A stretch of DNA of 64,000 nucleotides from Betaproteobacteria bacterium (lineage in GTDB: Bacteria; Pseudomonadota; Gammaproteobacteria; Burkholderiales; Burkholderiaceae_A), in the NCBI GenBank assembly GCA_016868255.1, contig VGHN01000004.1, forward strand, positions 39,162 through 103,161. The letters run 5' to 3'. Of this stretch, positions 9,864 through 21,321 are shown one piece after another. The position numbers and the translations under genes are program-made. How positions within the stretch are numbered: position 1 is the stretch's first letter; each line of letters starts with the position of its first letter. Under the pieces are notes generated by a model, which saw nothing but the letters and a program-made list of their open reading frames with translations, was not told the origin of the DNA and did no database searches.

Positions 9864-10172
9864 ATGCCCAAAACCAAAGGTTCATCCCCTCCCGCGCCTG
9901 AGCACAGCGCCCTGCCGGCGCTCAGTCCCGAAGACCAGCAGGCCATCGAGAAGATGAGCTTTGAGGCGGCCATGGCCGCTGTTGAGAAGGAGTCGGCTCT
10001 TCTGGAGTCGGGCCAACTCTCGCTCGCTGAATCCTTGGTGGCCTATCAGCGCGGGACGGCATTGCTCGCCCATGCACAGTCACTTCTTGATCAAGTCGTC
10101 GAGCAGATCGAAGTCATTGATGCCCAGGGCCGGTCCGAGGTCAGTCGCAGCGAACTCGAGAGCAGCCGTTAA
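9864..10172 (+). CDS. xseB: Exodeoxyribonuclease VII small subunit
   Basis: SFEAAMAAVE...LESGQLSLAESLVAYQRGTALL; precedes ispA. Confidence 0.9.
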   Translation: MPKTKGSSPPAPEHSALPALSPEDQQAIEKMSFEAAMAAVEKESALLESGQLSLAESLVAYQRGTALLAHAQSLLDQVVEQIEVIDAQGRSEVSRSELESSR

Positions 10173-11105
10173 GTGGAGCAGCAACTTCCAGGGGGCGCCC
10201 TAGGGCTGCCGCACTTCTGGCGTGAATCGATTGAGCATCGATTGGAAGCGCAACTGCGCCCGCGGCTTGGGCTCGAGTCGGAGTTCTGCGACCCAGCCCT
10301 TGAGCGGCTCTGGCGCGCCATGCGCCACGGCGTTCTCAATGGGGGAAAGCGTGCAAGGGGCCTTCTCTCGATGGCTGCGGCCCAGGCGGCGGGTGCCGAC
10401 CCACTCAGCAAGGCCGCCCTTGATGTTGCCGCGGCCTTGGAGTGCATTCATGCCTTTTCGCTGGTGCACGACGACATGCCATGCATGGATGACGATGCCC
10501 TGCGACGTGGCCATCCCACGGTTCACGTGGCCTATGACGAGCCCACTGCGCTTCTTGTGGGCGATGCCTTGCAGACCCTTGGTATGGAGATTCTTGCCGG
10601 ACTGCAGTTGCCACCGCATCGGGTGGTTCGAATCATTCAGGTGGTGTCGCGTGCAACCGGCGCTGCGGGCATGGCCGGCGGGCAGGCCATTGATATTCAT
10701 GCCGTGGGTGAGTCACCCTCTTTATCTGCACTAGAGGGCATGCACGCCTTGAAGACGGGGGCCCTCATTCGCGCGGCCGTCCTGGCCGGGGCCCTGGTGG
10801 GGCCGGCCGGTGAAGACGAGAGGTCCATGGCCTCGCTCGATGACTATGCCCGCTGCGTGGGCCTGGCATTTCAAGTTCTCGATGATGTCCTCGATGCCCA
10901 AGCCGACACCGCCACCCTGGGCAAGACCGCCGGCAAGGACGCGGCCCAGGGCAAGCCCACCTTCGTGAGCCTTCTTGGGATGCAGGCCAGTCGAGACTAT
11001 GCCCAGGCGCTCTACGAGGAGGCCATCGCGGCCATTGAGGGCTTGGGCCATAATCGGCGACCCCTTGAGGCAATTGCCCTTGCATTGACTCAACGGACTT
11101 ACTAG
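10173..11105 (+). CDS. ispA: Farnesyl diphosphate synthase / polyprenyl synthetase
   Basis: [40 protein letters not shown]. Confidence 0.93.
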   Translation: MEQQLPGGALGLPHFWRESIEHRLEAQLRPRLGLESEFCDPALERLWRAMRHGVLNGGKRARGLLSMAAAQAAGADPLSKAALDVAAALECIHAFSLVHDDMPCMDDDALRRGHPTVHVAYDEPTALLVGDALQTLGMEILAGLQLPPHRVVRIIQVVSRATGAAGMAGGQAIDIHAVGESPSLSALEGMHALKTGALIRAAVLAGALVGPAGEDERSMASLDDYARCVGLAFQVLDDVLDAQADTATLGKTAGKDAAQGKPTFVSLLGMQASRDYAQALYEEAIAAIEGLGHNRRPLEAIALALTQRTY

Positions 11106-11119
11106 TTCATCTTTTAGCC

Positions 11120-13069
11120 ATGGCACTGCTCGAAACCATTGACAGTCCCGACCAGCTTCGGCTGCTCACGCGTCGACAACTCAAGGAACTGGCCACCGAG
11201 TTGCGTGAGTTTCTGTTGCACTCGGTTGCAAGCACCGGAGGGCACCTCTCCTCCAATCTGGGAACGGTGGAACTCTCCATTGCCGTCCACCATGTCTTTC
11301 ACACACCCTTTGATCGCTTGGTCTGGGATGTGGGCCACCAGAGTTATCCGCACAAAATTCTCACCGGCCGTCGCGACCAGATGTCCAGCCTTCGGCAACT
11401 CGGCGGCATCTCGGGCTTCCCCAGAAGAAGCGAGAGTGAGCACGATCACTTCGGCACCGCCCACTCATCGACATCCATTTCCGCCGCCTTGGGCATGGCA
11501 CTGGCCACCCGGCAGAAAGAGGAACACCACGGTCCCCATCGACGTCGACACATTGCAGTGATCGGTGATGGTGCGATTAGCGCGGGCATGGCCTACGAGG
11601 CCATGAACAACGCAGGCATTCACAAGGACATCGACCTACTGGTCATCTTGAACGACAACGAGATGTCGATCTCTCCGCCAGTGGGGGCAATGAGTAAGTA
11701 TCTGGCGCGACTCCTCACCGGCCGGTTTTATTCGGCCGCCCGTGAGTTGGGCAAGCAGGTACTGGGCGTGCTCCCCCCCGTGCTCGACCTCGCCCGCAAG
11801 ATCGAAGGCGGGGCCAAGGGCCTGGTCTCTCCCTCCACCTTGTTTGAAGAGTTTGGCTTCAATTACTTTGGCCCCATTGATGGCCATGACCTCGATGCCC
11901 TGGTGCCCGCCCTTCAGAATCTGCGTGAACTCAAAGGCCCCCAGTTTCTTCACGTGATTACCAAGAAGGGCCAGGGCTATGCACAGGCCGAGGAAGATCC
12001 AATCCTCTACCACGGCCCTGGCAAGTTCGATCCAAAGGTGGGCATCACCCCGGCGGTCTCGGCCCCCAAACCCACTTACTCAGCGGTCTTTGGCGAGTGG
12101 CTCTGCGATGCGGCCGCCGCCGATCCTGCGGTGGTGGTTGTAACGCCTGCCATGCGAGAGGGCTCTGGGCTGGTTGGGTTCTCCGAGCGTTTCCCCGATC
12201 GGTACCACGACGTGGCCATTGCCGAACAGCATGCCGTCACCGTGGCTGCGGGTTTGGCCTGTGAGGGGCTCAAGCCGGTGGTGGCCATCTACTCGACATT
12301 CCTTCAGCGTGGCTACGACCAACTTATTCACGACGTTGCCCTACAGAACCTCCCCCTTTTATTTGCCATTGACCGCGCGGGCTTGGTTGGGGCCGATGGC
12401 GCCACCCATGCGGGCGCCTACGACTTGGCCTATCTGCGTTGTGTGCCGAATATGGTCATCATGGCCCCCAAAGACGAGCCCGAATGCCGAGCCATGCTCA
12501 GCACAGGACTCTCCTGCGGCGGTCCCGCAGCGGTTCGTTACCCCAGAGGTGCCGGCACGGGCGCGCCCGCTGGCCACTCGCTCGCGCCCCTGCCGATCGG
12601 CAAGGCGGAGCGATTAAGAGAGGCGGGCAAAGGATTCGAGGGATTGCGCATCGCCATTCTGGCCTTTGGAAGCATGGTTACCCCCTGCCGTGTCGTGGCC
12701 GACGCCCTCGATGCCAGCCTCGTCAATATGCGCTTTATCAAGCCCATCGACATGGATTGCCTGGCCGATATGGCCAATCACCACGACCTCCTCGTGACCG
12801 TTGAGGAACATGCCGTCATGGCGGGTGCGGGCTCGGCCTGTGCCGAGGCCCTCACGACCATGGCCGATTCAACGATGCAAACACCGTTCTTGCATTTGGG
12901 CCTGCCCGATCGCTTCATCGATCACGGCGATCACGCCAAACTGCTTGCCCTCGAGGGCCTCGACGCCAAAGGGATAGAAACCGCCATCCGACAGCGCGCA
13001 GGGCTATTGCGCGCCCAGACGGGTTCTGGGGCGGTGCGTGCGGCCTCATCGCTTAAACTAGTGCAATGA
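11120..13069 (+). CDS. dxs: 1-deoxy-D-xylulose-5-phosphate synthase
   Basis: [24 protein letters not shown]...[21 protein letters not shown]. Confidence 0.97.
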   Translation: MALLETIDSPDQLRLLTRRQLKELATELREFLLHSVASTGGHLSSNLGTVELSIAVHHVFHTPFDRLVWDVGHQSYPHKILTGRRDQMSSLRQLGGISGFPRRSESEHDHFGTAHSSTSISAALGMALATRQKEEHHGPHRRRHIAVIGDGAISAGMAYEAMNNAGIHKDIDLLVILNDNEMSISPPVGAMSKYLARLLTGRFYSAARELGKQVLGVLPPVLDLARKIEGGAKGLVSPSTLFEEFGFNYFGPIDGHDLDALVPALQNLRELKGPQFLHVITKKGQGYAQAEEDPILYHGPGKFDPKVGITPAVSAPKPTYSAVFGEWLCDAAAADPAVVVVTPAMREGSGLVGFSERFPDRYHDVAIAEQHAVTVAAGLACEGLKPVVAIYSTFLQRGYDQLIHDVALQNLPLLFAIDRAGLVGADGATHAGAYDLAYLRCVPNMVIMAPKDEPECRAMLSTGLSCGGPAAVRYPRGAGTGAPAGHSLAPLPIGKAERLREAGKGFEGLRIAILAFGSMVTPCRVVADALDASLVNMRFIKPIDMDCLADMANHHDLLVTVEEHAVMAGAGSACAEALTTMADSTMQTPFLHLGLPDRFIDHGDHAKLLALEGLDAKGIETAIRQRAGLLRAQTGSGAVRAASSLKLVQ

Positions 13070-13911
13070 ACAAGCCCGTTGATTTGCAGCGCACCGTCTT
13101 GGGTGCGAAAGAGTCGATTCGTGCGGAGGCCATGCCCGATGTGCAGGGAAGCCGCGATCTACGCAACCTGCCCATTGATCGCGTTGGGGTTCGCGGTATT
13201 CGCTACCCCATGATGGTTCAGGGTCAAGACGCAGAGCCCCAGCCCAGTGTGGGCGAGTTCTCTCTCTCTGTGGGTCTGCCCGCCGATCAAAAAGGCACCC
13301 ATATGTCGCGTTTCGTTGCCCTGCTCGAGACCATGAGCCGCCGCGGGGTGGTGCTCGATGCAAACAGTCTTGCAGAGCTCTCGATGGAAATGCTGGCCAT
13401 GCTCGAGGCCACCGAGGGCTCCATAGAGGTGCGCACCCCTTACTTCATTCGCAAGCGGGCGCCAGTAAGCAAGGTCGAGAGCCTCATGGATTACGAGCTC
13501 GGCTTCGAGTCACATCGTGCGTCGGGAGTGGATGAGCGAGTGCTCGAGGTGGGTGTTCCCGTGAAGAGCCTCTGCCCCTGCTCGAAAGAAATCTCAGATT
13601 ACGGCGCCCACAATCAGCGCTCGATGGTGCGGGTTCGGGCCTATATTGCCCCCGGTGCAAAAGTGTCGCCCACCGAACTTATTCGCACGGTGGAGTCGCA
13701 GGCCTCTTGTGAACTCTGGGGCCTGCTCAAGCGCCCGGACGAGAAGTACGTGACCGAGCGTGCCTACGAGAATGCCAAGTTTGTCGAAGACCTGGTGCGC
13801 GATGTGGCCCTGCATGTCCGCAAGATTCCTGGAGTGGAGCGGGCAAGCATCGAGGCCGAAAACTTCGAGTCCATTCACAACCATTCGGCCTGGGCGCGCA
13901 TTAACGCCTAG
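13066..13911 (+). CDS. folE2: GTP cyclohydrolase IB
   Basis: [42 protein letters not shown]. Confidence 0.95.
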   Translation: MNKPVDLQRTVLGAKESIRAEAMPDVQGSRDLRNLPIDRVGVRGIRYPMMVQGQDAEPQPSVGEFSLSVGLPADQKGTHMSRFVALLETMSRRGVVLDANSLAELSMEMLAMLEATEGSIEVRTPYFIRKRAPVSKVESLMDYELGFESHRASGVDERVLEVGVPVKSLCPCSKEISDYGAHNQRSMVRVRAYIAPGAKVSPTELIRTVESQASCELWGLLKRPDEKYVTERAYENAKFVEDLVRDVALHVRKIPGVERASIEAENFESIHNHSAWARINA

Positions 13912-13933
13912 CCGTTCGCTTTACTTTTAAGCG

Positions 13934-14419
13934 CTAGTCCCGGAAGTTCCCAAAGGTCAGCGGCAGGTCCGTGACCTCTTTCTTAAGCAAGGCAATCGCC
14001 GCCTGAAGGTCGTCGCGCTTGCCCCCGGTGACCCGCACGGTGTCCCCCTGAATGGCCGCCTGAATCTTCATCTTACTGTCTTTAAGGATCTTCACGATCT
14101 TCTTGGCATCCTCGCCCGCAATGCCATGGCGGATGGTGAGAATCTGCTTGAGCTTGTCGCCACCGATCTTCTGGATATCGCCTTGGTTGAGGAAGCGCAC
14201 ATCGACATTGCGCTTGGCGCACTTGCCAATCAGAACCTCGCGCACTTGGCCGAGTTGGAATTCGCTGTCGGCATAGCAACTCAGCTCTCGCTCCTTCTGT
14301 TCCACCTTCGCACTCGACCCTTTGAAGTCAAAGCGCGTGGCGATCTCTTTGCTGGCCTGGTCCACCGCATTGCGAACCTCGGTCATGTCGGCCTCTAGGC
14401 TTGCATCGAAAGTTGGCAT
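13934..14419 (-). CDS. yajQ: YajQ family nucleotide/c-di-GMP binding protein
   Basis: MPTFD...[19 protein letters not shown]...[17 protein letters not shown]...NFRD. Confidence 0.93.
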   Translation of the reverse strand: MPTFDASLEADMTEVRNAVDQASKEIATRFDFKGSSAKVEQKERELSCYADSEFQLGQVREVLIGKCAKRNVDVRFLNQGDIQKIGGDKLKQILTIRHGIAGEDAKKIVKILKDSKMKIQAAIQGDTVRVTGGKRDDLQAAIALLKKEVTDLPLTFGNFRD

Positions 14420-14431
14420 CTCGAATCTCCT

Positions 14432-15697
14432 CTAGCTGCGGCGTTTGGCTGCAATGCGCATGCGCAGCGCGTTGAGCTTAATGAACCCACCGGCGTCTGC
14501 CTGGTTGTAGGCCCCGCCGTCGTCATCGAATGTGGAGATGCGGGCATCGAAGAGTGACCTCTTGCTCTCGCGGCCCGTGACGATGACATTGCCCTTGAAT
14601 AGCTTCAGACGCACGGTACCTGTGACATTGCGTTGGGTGTGGTCGATGAGCACCTGCATGGCCTCGCGCTCGGGTGACCACCAGTAGCCGTTGTAAATCA
14701 GGCTCGCGTAGCGAGGCATCAGATCGTCCTTCAGGTGGGCGACTTCGCGGTCGAGAGTAATGGACTCAATGGCACGGTGGGCGCGCAGAAGAATGGTGCC
14801 CCCCGGGGTCTCGTAGCAGCCGCGCGACTTCATCCCCACGTAGCGATTCTCCACCAGGTCGAGCCGTCCGATGCCGTGCTTTCCACCCAGGCGATTGAGT
14901 TCGGCGAGCAGTGCATGGGCCTTCATTTTCTTGCCGTTGATCGAGACCAGGTCGCCCTTGACGAACTCCAGGCTGATCTCTTCAGGCCGGCTGGGTGCCT
15001 TCTCGACCGGCACGGTCAGGCGCCACATGCCCTGGGCCGGTGGCGGCCGGCTCGGGTCCTCGAGCACGCCGCCCTCGTACGAGATATGCAGCAGGTTCGC
15101 ATCCATTGAGAAGGGTGCCTCGCCCTTGCGTTTCTTGTAGTCCACCGGAATGCCATGCTCGTCTGCGTAGGCCAGCAGCTTGTCACGAGAGAGAAGGTCC
15201 CACTCGCGCCATGGGGCAATCACTTTGACATCGGGCATGAGGGCATAGGCCCCGAGCTCAAATCGAACCTGGTCGTTGCCCTTGCCCGTCGCGCCGTGGG
15301 AGATGCAGTCGGCCCCCTCTTTCTTGGCAATTTCTACCAAGTGCTTGGCAATGAGTGGGCGTGCAATCGAGGTCCCCAGCAGGTACTCGCCCTCATAGAC
15401 GGTGTTGGCCCGGAACATCGGGAAGACGAAGTCGCGAACGAACTCCTCACGAAGATCCTCGACATAGATCTTCTTGACGCCAAACTTTTTGGCCTTCTGG
15501 CGGGCGGGCTCGAGTTCCTCGCCCTGACCGATATCGGCCGTGAAGGTGATGACTTCGCAGTCGTAGTGGTCTTGCAGCCACTTCAGAATGACCGATGTAT
15601 CGAGCCCACCCGAGTAAGCAAGGACAACCTTGCGAGCAGAGGGCTTGCGGGAATTCGATTTGCGGTTGGGGGATTTGCGAGCAGATGCTTTGGGCAT
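14432..15697 (-). CDS. argG: Argininosuccinate synthase
   Basis: [46 protein letters not shown]. Confidence 0.97.
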   Translation of the reverse strand: MPKASARKSPNRKSNSRKPSARKVVLAYSGGLDTSVILKWLQDHYDCEVITFTADIGQGEELEPARQKAKKFGVKKIYVEDLREEFVRDFVFPMFRANTVYEGEYLLGTSIARPLIAKHLVEIAKKEGADCISHGATGKGNDQVRFELGAYALMPDVKVIAPWREWDLLSRDKLLAYADEHGIPVDYKKRKGEAPFSMDANLLHISYEGGVLEDPSRPPPAQGMWRLTVPVEKAPSRPEEISLEFVKGDLVSINGKKMKAHALLAELNRLGGKHGIGRLDLVENRYVGMKSRGCYETPGGTILLRAHRAIESITLDREVAHLKDDLMPRYASLIYNGYWWSPEREAMQVLIDHTQRNVTGTVRLKLFKGNVIVTGRESKRSLFDARISTFDDDGGAYNQADAGGFIKLNALRMRIAAKRRS

Positions 15698-15720
15698 GGT
15701 GGGTTTTTAACTCCTGGTTT

Positions 15721-16662
15721 TTAATCTTTAACGAGGCCGAGCAACAGGTATTCGAGCAAGGCCTTCTGGGCATGAAGCCGATTCTCGGCCTCGTCCCAGA
15801 CCACCGACTGAGGACCATCGATGACCTCACCGCTGACCTCTTCGCCACGGTGGGCGGGAAGGCAGTGCATGAACAGCGCATTGGGCTTGGCCTGGCCCAT
15901 CATCTCGGCATCGACACACCAGTCGGCAAAGTCGCGACGACGCGCCTCGTTCTCGGACTCAAAGCCCATACTGGTCCAGACATCGGTGGTGACAAGGTCT
16001 GCACCCTTGGCAGCCTCCATGGGGTCGGCAAAGGCCTGGAAGTGACTGCTCGAATGAAGCCCCGCACGCTCTGGCTCGACCTCGTATCCCGGTGGCGTGG
16101 AGACGCGCACCTGAAAGTCGAGAAGCTCGGCCGCCTGTAGCCAGGTGTTGCAGACGTTGTTCGAGTCGCCGATCCAGGCGACGGTCTTGCCGCGGATATC
16201 GCCCCGGTGCTCAATGAAGGTGAAGATGTCGGCCAAGATTTGGCAGGGGTGGTATTCGTTGGTGAGCCCGTTGATCACGGGAACGCGCGAGTACTCTGCG
16301 AAGCGATCGATGATGGTCTGCTCGAAGGTGCGAATCATCACGCAGTCGCACATGCGCGAAATAATCTGTGCCGCATCTTCCACCGGCTCACCGCGCCCGA
16401 GTTGGGTGTCTCGGGTATTTAAGTAGATGGCTGCACCCCCCAACTGGTGCATGCCGGCCTCGAAGGAGAGCCGGGTGCGAGTCGACTGTTTCTCAAAGAT
16501 CATCACCAGCGTTCGGTCTTGCAGCGGCATGTAGCGCTCAAAGCGCTTGAAGCGGTCTTTAATGACGCGGCTGCGCTCGAACAGATGGGCGATGACCTCG
16601 GGTGAGAAATCCTTAAATTGAAGGAAGTGACGCAGGGGGGGGTTGGAATGAGAGGCCGGCAT
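15721..16662 (-). CDS. argF: Ornithine carbamoyltransferase
   Basis: FEKQSTRTRLSF, HPCQILAD, TDVWTSMG, FMHCLPAHRG. Confidence 0.96.
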   Translation of the reverse strand: MPASHSNPPLRHFLQFKDFSPEVIAHLFERSRVIKDRFKRFERYMPLQDRTLVMIFEKQSTRTRLSFEAGMHQLGGAAIYLNTRDTQLGRGEPVEDAAQIISRMCDCVMIRTFEQTIIDRFAEYSRVPVINGLTNEYHPCQILADIFTFIEHRGDIRGKTVAWIGDSNNVCNTWLQAAELLDFQVRVSTPPGYEVEPERAGLHSSSHFQAFADPMEAAKGADLVTTDVWTSMGFESENEARRRDFADWCVDAEMMGQAKPNALFMHCLPAHRGEEVSGEVIDGPQSVVWDEAENRLHAQKALLEYLLLGLVKD

Positions 16663-16674
16663 AGGGCACCTGAA

Positions 16675-17886
16675 TCAAGCGGCCTGGGCCGTATCGGATT
16701 GCTCGAGAAACCCACGCACCAGGGGCACGAGAATCTCGAGCAACTGCTCGATCTCTTGCGATTGGATAATGAGTGGGGGCAGCAGACGAATCACGCTGTC
16801 TTGGGTGACGTTAATCAGTAGGCCCATGCGGAGGGATTCTGCAACCAGCCCCGCACAGGGCCGATGCAATTCCACGCCAATCATCAGCCCCTTGCCACGT
16901 ATTTCGCGCACCCCACTGCCCATGTGCGAGGCAAGGCCCTTGCGCAGTCCATCCACAAGTTGGTCGCCACGCTGCGTGGCGTTGTCGAGCAAGGCCTCAT
17001 TTTCGATGGCCGCCAGGGTGGCGAGTCCTGCGCGCATGGCCAGGGGGTTGCCACCGAAGGTTGTGCCGTGGTTTCCTGGGCCAAAAAGCGAGGCTGCCTT
17101 GCCCTTGGCCACCACCGCTCCAATGGGCACACCCGACCCGAGTCCCTTGGCCAGCGGCATGACATCGGGGACGATCTCGGCCCACTGGTGGGCGAACCAT
17201 TTGCCGGTTCTTCCAATTCCACACTGCACCTCATCGATCATGAGAAGAATGTCATGCTCGGTGCAGACGGATCGGAGTCCTCTGAGAAAGTCGAGGGTTG
17301 CGGGCCGAATGCCCCCCTCGCCTTGAATCGATTCAATAAAGACCGCAGCAATACTTGGGTCGGCACGAACGGCCGCCTCGACCGCGGCGAGGTCATTGAT
17401 GGGCAGGCGCACGAAGCCCTCGACGAGTGGCTCGAATCCCTTCTGCACTTTTGCACTGGCCGTGGCCGACAGGGTGGCAATAGAGCGACCATGAAAGGCG
17501 CCTTCGAAGACGATGGTCTTGGGCGCGGCGATGCCCTTCTCGTGCCCATGCTTGCGAGCCATTTTGAGCGCCGCCTCGTTGGCTTCGAGCCCCGAGTTGC
17601 AGAAGAAAACGTTGTCCATTCCCGATAGAGCCGCAAGTCGGTCGGCCAACTCGGCCTGCAGCGGCACCTCGTAGAGATTGGAGGTGTGAATGAGTTGCCC
17701 CACCTGCTCGCGCAGCGCTGCCACCAGGGCGGGGTGGTTGTGGCCGAGCGTGTTGACTGCAATGCCTGAGAGTCCATCCAAGTAGGCCCGCCCCTCGACA
17801 TCCCAGAGCGTGCTTGCCTGACCGCGCACGAAGGCCACCGGCTGGCGGGCATAGGTGGGCATCAGGTGCGAGGAGAGCGTTGACAT
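16675..17886 (-). CDS. argD: Acetylornithine aminotransferase
   Basis: FFCNSGLEANEAA, AFHGRS, DEVQCGIGRTG, LAKGLGSG, HGTTFGGNPL. Confidence 0.93.
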   Translation of the reverse strand: MSTLSSHLMPTYARQPVAFVRGQASTLWDVEGRAYLDGLSGIAVNTLGHNHPALVAALREQVGQLIHTSNLYEVPLQAELADRLAALSGMDNVFFCNSGLEANEAALKMARKHGHEKGIAAPKTIVFEGAFHGRSIATLSATASAKVQKGFEPLVEGFVRLPINDLAAVEAAVRADPSIAAVFIESIQGEGGIRPATLDFLRGLRSVCTEHDILLMIDEVQCGIGRTGKWFAHQWAEIVPDVMPLAKGLGSGVPIGAVVAKGKAASLFGPGNHGTTFGGNPLAMRAGLATLAAIENEALLDNATQRGDQLVDGLRKGLASHMGSGVREIRGKGLMIGVELHRPCAGLVAESLRMGLLINVTQDSVIRLLPPLIIQSQEIEQLLEILVPLVRGFLEQSDTAQAA

Positions 17887-17960
17887 TGGTGGGTTTTGGG
17901 CTGCAAAAAGTTTGAAAGACAACGCCATTAGAATACCGGTTTCTCGTTGAGGTTTTCTCT

Positions 17961-18281
17961 TTGCGTCCCGATTCCAACGGCCTGTCTCAGGCGGCTCGGT
18001 TCATCATCGTGGGCCGCACCAGCAACGGCAAGACATTTCGACCCAGTGATTGGGCCGAGCGCTTGTGCAGTGTGATGGCGGCGTATCGACCCGGCTATGT
18101 TGCGGGCAGTTATGGAGACGCTTCTCTGCTTGGATTCTCACCTTACGCACAGCCCATCACCCACGATGGCGTGAAGTCTGTGGTGGTGGATCAGCGCATC
18201 GAGGGACTCGAGCCCATGGCGTGGAGTTTCGTGGTGGGCTTTGCGCGTGACAACGACCTGGTCATGCAACCGCTGGTGTAA
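17961..18281 (+). CDS. DUF3579-like conserved hypothetical protein
   Basis: GRTSNGKTFRPSDWAERL...FARDNDL signature. Confidence 0.8.
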   Translation: MRPDSNGLSQAARFIIVGRTSNGKTFRPSDWAERLCSVMAAYRPGYVAGSYGDASLLGFSPYAQPITHDGVKSVVVDQRIEGLEPMAWSFVVGFARDNDLVMQPLV

Positions 18282-18287
18282 GGGCGG

Positions 18288-18947
18288 TTAGACCGACTCC
18301 AAGGCCTGCATCGCGCGGCCGGTAATCTCGTCGACGCGTCCCACCCCCAAAATACTCAAGACCTTGGGTGCGGCCGCATCTCCGGTGCTCGACCACTTGC
18401 TGTAGAAGTCCACGAGTGGGCTGGTCTGCTGATGGTAGACCTGCAGACGATTGCGCACCGTTTCTTCTTTGTCGTCATCCCTCTGAATGAGGGGTTCCCC
18501 AGTCTCGTCATCGACATTGGGTTGTTTGGGCGGGTTGAACTTCACATGGTAGGTGCGGCCACTGGCCACATGAACACGTCGACCGCCCATGCGCTCGATG
18601 ATGTCGGTGTCTGGAACCTGGATCTCAAGCACTGCGTCGATTCGAACGGCCGCATCTCGCATGGCCTGGGCCTGTGGAATGGTGCGTGGAAATCCATCGA
18701 AGAGATAACCATTGCGACAGTCGGCGTCCTTGAGGCGCTCGAGCACCAGGTTGATGATGATTTCATCGCTCACCAGGCCGCCGGAGTCCATGATTTTTTT
18801 GGCCGCAATGCCCAGTTCGGTTCCAGCCTTCACGGCCGCCCGCAGCATGTCGCCAGTGGAAATTTGGGGAATACCGAAGTGTGACTTGATGAAGGCTGCC
18901 TGCGTGCCTTTACCGGCCCCGGGGGGACCCAAGAGGATGAGCCGCAT
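18288..18947 (-). CDS. adk: Adenylate kinase
   Basis: [32 protein letters not shown]. Confidence 0.97.
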   Translation of the reverse strand: MRLILLGPPGAGKGTQAAFIKSHFGIPQISTGDMLRAAVKAGTELGIAAKKIMDSGGLVSDEIIINLVLERLKDADCRNGYLFDGFPRTIPQAQAMRDAAVRIDAVLEIQVPDTDIIERMGGRRVHVASGRTYHVKFNPPKQPNVDDETGEPLIQRDDDKEETVRNRLQVYHQQTSPLVDFYSKWSSTGDAAAPKVLSILGVGRVDEITGRAMQALESV

Positions 18948-19012
18948 AGAAGGTGTCTCCGAAATCTAGTAGTTGCAATGGTTGGGGGCGCGCTGTCTTT
19001 GAGTATAAGCGG

Positions 19013-19825
19013 TCAACTCAGCAGGCGCCTCACCCTTTCGAGATCTTCGGGAGTATCCACGCCCGCTGGGGGGGGCTTCGGAAGCGAGATAGTGGTGATG
19101 CAATGGCCGTGGTCGAGCCAACGCAACTGCTCGAGCTGCTCCATTGACTCGATGGGGCTGGCCCCCCATTGAGTAAAGGCCTGAAGGGGCCCCGCTCTGA
19201 AGGCGTAGAGCCCAAGATGCCTGAAAAGGCCGGCTGGGGCAGCGGCTGTGAGGCCCGTGGCGGAATCGGACCTGGCGGAGGTTTGGAGTTCGGCGTGCAA
19301 CTGCGACATAGAGACCCAGCGATCTCGCCAAAAGGGGACGGGTGAGCGAGAGAAATAAATCGCGCGGCCAGAGGTCCCCACCACCGCCTTGACGACCTGA
19401 GGCAGCAATAACTCCTCGTCGCTGAGCGGCGTGATCGCAGTGGCAACCGATGCGAGTGGGTCCTCTCGCAGTGCGTTGGCAACCGCTTGAAGGGCATCCG
19501 GTGGCATGAGCGGCTCATCGCCTTGGAGGTTGACCAGGATCTGGTCGTCGCTGGCGCCGAGCTGCGCTGCCGCCTCCGCGAGCCGATCGGTGCCGCTCGG
19601 GTGGTCCGCGCGCGTGCGAATGACCTCGACGCCCGCTGCGGTGCAGACCGTCTCAATCTCCCTGTCATCGGTGGCCACAACGATTCGCTCGGCATTGCTC
19701 TTTCTCGCTTGCTCCACCACCCAGAGGATGAGTGGCCGGCCCCCGATCATGGCCAGGGGCTTGTCAGGGAGCCGGCTCGAGGCCCGCCGCGCAGGAATCA
19801 GAATCCAGTAGTTGGTGGCACTCAC
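19013..19825 (-). CDS. kdsB: 3-deoxy-manno-octulosonate cytidylyltransferase
   Basis: IPARRASSRLPDKPL, SGTDR, NLQGDEP, EQLEQLRWL, GVDTPEDL; GTG start estimated. Confidence 0.94.
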   Translation of the reverse strand: MSATNYWILIPARRASSRLPDKPLAMIGGRPLILWVVEQARKSNAERIVVATDDREIETVCTAAGVEVIRTRADHPSGTDRLAEAAAQLGASDDQILVNLQGDEPLMPPDALQAVANALREDPLASVATAITPLSDEELLLPQVVKAVVGTSGRAIYFSRSPVPFWRDRWVSMSQLHAELQTSARSDSATGLTAAAPAGLFRHLGLYAFRAGPLQAFTQWGASPIESMEQLEQLRWLDHGHCITTISLPKPPPAGVDTPEDLERVRRLLS

Positions 19826-19835
19826 TGCGTGGCAG

Positions 19836-20054
19836 TCACCGAGGGGACTCGGCGGGGGGCTCGTCTTCTGCCATGGCGGCAATCTCGATCTCGGGGATTG
19901 TCAGGGCCTCTTGAACGAGCAAATGCGGAATGCCGTCTTCGATGGGGTAGCCGAGCCGCTCTTGCTTGCAGACCAGCATCATCTTGCCTGCCGCCATTTG
20001 AAGGGGGCCTTGGCATTGAGGGCAGGCGAGGATCTCAAGCAGGCGTGGGTCCAT
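19836..20054 (-). CDS. Trm112 family protein (YcaR)
   Basis: MDPRLLEILACPQCQGPL...YPIEDGIPHLL; between lpxK and kdsB. Confidence 0.88.
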   Translation of the reverse strand: MDPRLLEILACPQCQGPLQMAAGKMMLVCKQERLGYPIEDGIPHLLVQEALTIPEIEIAAMAEDEPPAESPR

Positions 20055-21321
20055 GCGCGCTCCGAATTCGGTTGAGTAAATGGCCAATCCATGCGGCGGG
20101 CAACTCCACAGACTGCGAAACGGCCCACCAGGACGACGATGACGCAAGAGACTCCGGGCGAGGATCCAGGTCCGGGCTGGAGGTCGGGCCCGATTGAACC
20201 GATGGCTTTGCCTGGTCCGACATCTCTTCGAAGAAAAATTTTACGGCATCTTTTTCGGTCATCAGCAGCGGCAACTCGTCATCGTTTGCAGAGAACTTGC
20301 TCTGCAGCCATTTCGCCCGAGGATGCGGTTCGTGGTCGCGCAACGGAAGCATGCCGCGTAGCGCCACGCCCATGTCTTCGAGGTCTTGAAAAAACCGCTC
20401 CGGCCGTGCGATTCCTGCCAGTGCGAGGGCGGGCTGCCGAACAACAGTCTGGGCTGGCTGGGTGAGTCGTTGAATCCGGGCACCGCTGCGCTGTGGCCTG
20501 CTCAATTCAGAGAGTGGAACGGACATGGGGCCCAACTCTGGCATGGACGGCAAGGCCTCGAGGAGTTGATCGAGCGCAGCCCGGCGCTCATCGGATACGG
20601 GCTGGTGGCTGCGGTGAAATTGATTGAGCAAAACAAAGTCGATCCGCATTGCCTTCGGGGGTGGCCAAGACTGTCGTAGGGGACCCCAAGGCATGCAACG
20701 CCCATTGCCATGGAGCCGGTCGTCGAGGACAAGAATGCGGATGTCAGGACGCAGTGTGACCTGTGAGAGTCCGTCATCGAGAAGAATGAGATTGGTCCGT
20801 GGATGGGCTTCCAACAGTGCCTGGGCCGCGAGAAGCCGGTTCTTGTGGACGGCAACGGGGCAGCCGGTTCGCCAAGCCAGAAGCCAAGGTTCATCGCCCG
20901 ATTGGGCAGGGGGCGTCTGCGAGAGGGACTCCTCATTGAGCACAAGGGGTGGTCGATCCATGCTGGCATCTCTTCGATAGCCAGCACTCACAATTCCCAC
21001 ATGGTGTCCAGAGTCTCGCAGGGCTGTGGCCACCGCAATACAGGCCGGGGTCTTGCCGGCGCCGCCGACAATCCAGTTTCCGATGGCGACCACCGGGATG
21101 CCCGGAAGGCTCGGGGCGTTGACCTGCTGCTCTAGACGTCCGCGAGAGACACGGACAACAATCTGGGCAAGGGGACGGAAGACGAGACCGAGAATGGAGA
21201 GAACTATTTTGTCTGTGACCGCCAACTTCTCCCTTGAGCCTTGGATGAGGAACCAGTGTTTCCAGATGATTTCCTCTAGCCAAGAGCGGCCCGAAGCGCT
21301 TGTGGATAATTCTGTGGACAT
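20035..21321 (-). CDS. lpxK: Tetraacyldisaccharide 4'-kinase
   Basis: PVVAIGNWIVGGAGKTP, GDEP, LLDDGL, AGIARPERFF, MTEKDAVK; start uncertain. Confidence 0.9.
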   Translation of the reverse strand: MSTELSTSASGRSWLEEIIWKHWFLIQGSREKLAVTDKIVLSILGLVFRPLAQIVVRVSRGRLEQQVNAPSLPGIPVVAIGNWIVGGAGKTPACIAVATALRDSGHHVGIVSAGYRRDASMDRPPLVLNEESLSQTPPAQSGDEPWLLAWRTGCPVAVHKNRLLAAQALLEAHPRTNLILLDDGLSQVTLRPDIRILVLDDRLHGNGRCMPWGPLRQSWPPPKAMRIDFVLLNQFHRSHQPVSDERRAALDQLLEALPSMPELGPMSVPLSELSRPQRSGARIQRLTQPAQTVVRQPALALAGIARPERFFQDLEDMGVALRGMLPLRDHEPHPRAKWLQSKFSANDDELPLLMTEKDAVKFFFEEMSDQAKPSVQSGPTSSPDLDPRPESLASSSSWWAVSQSVELPAAWIGHLLNRIRSAHGPTPA

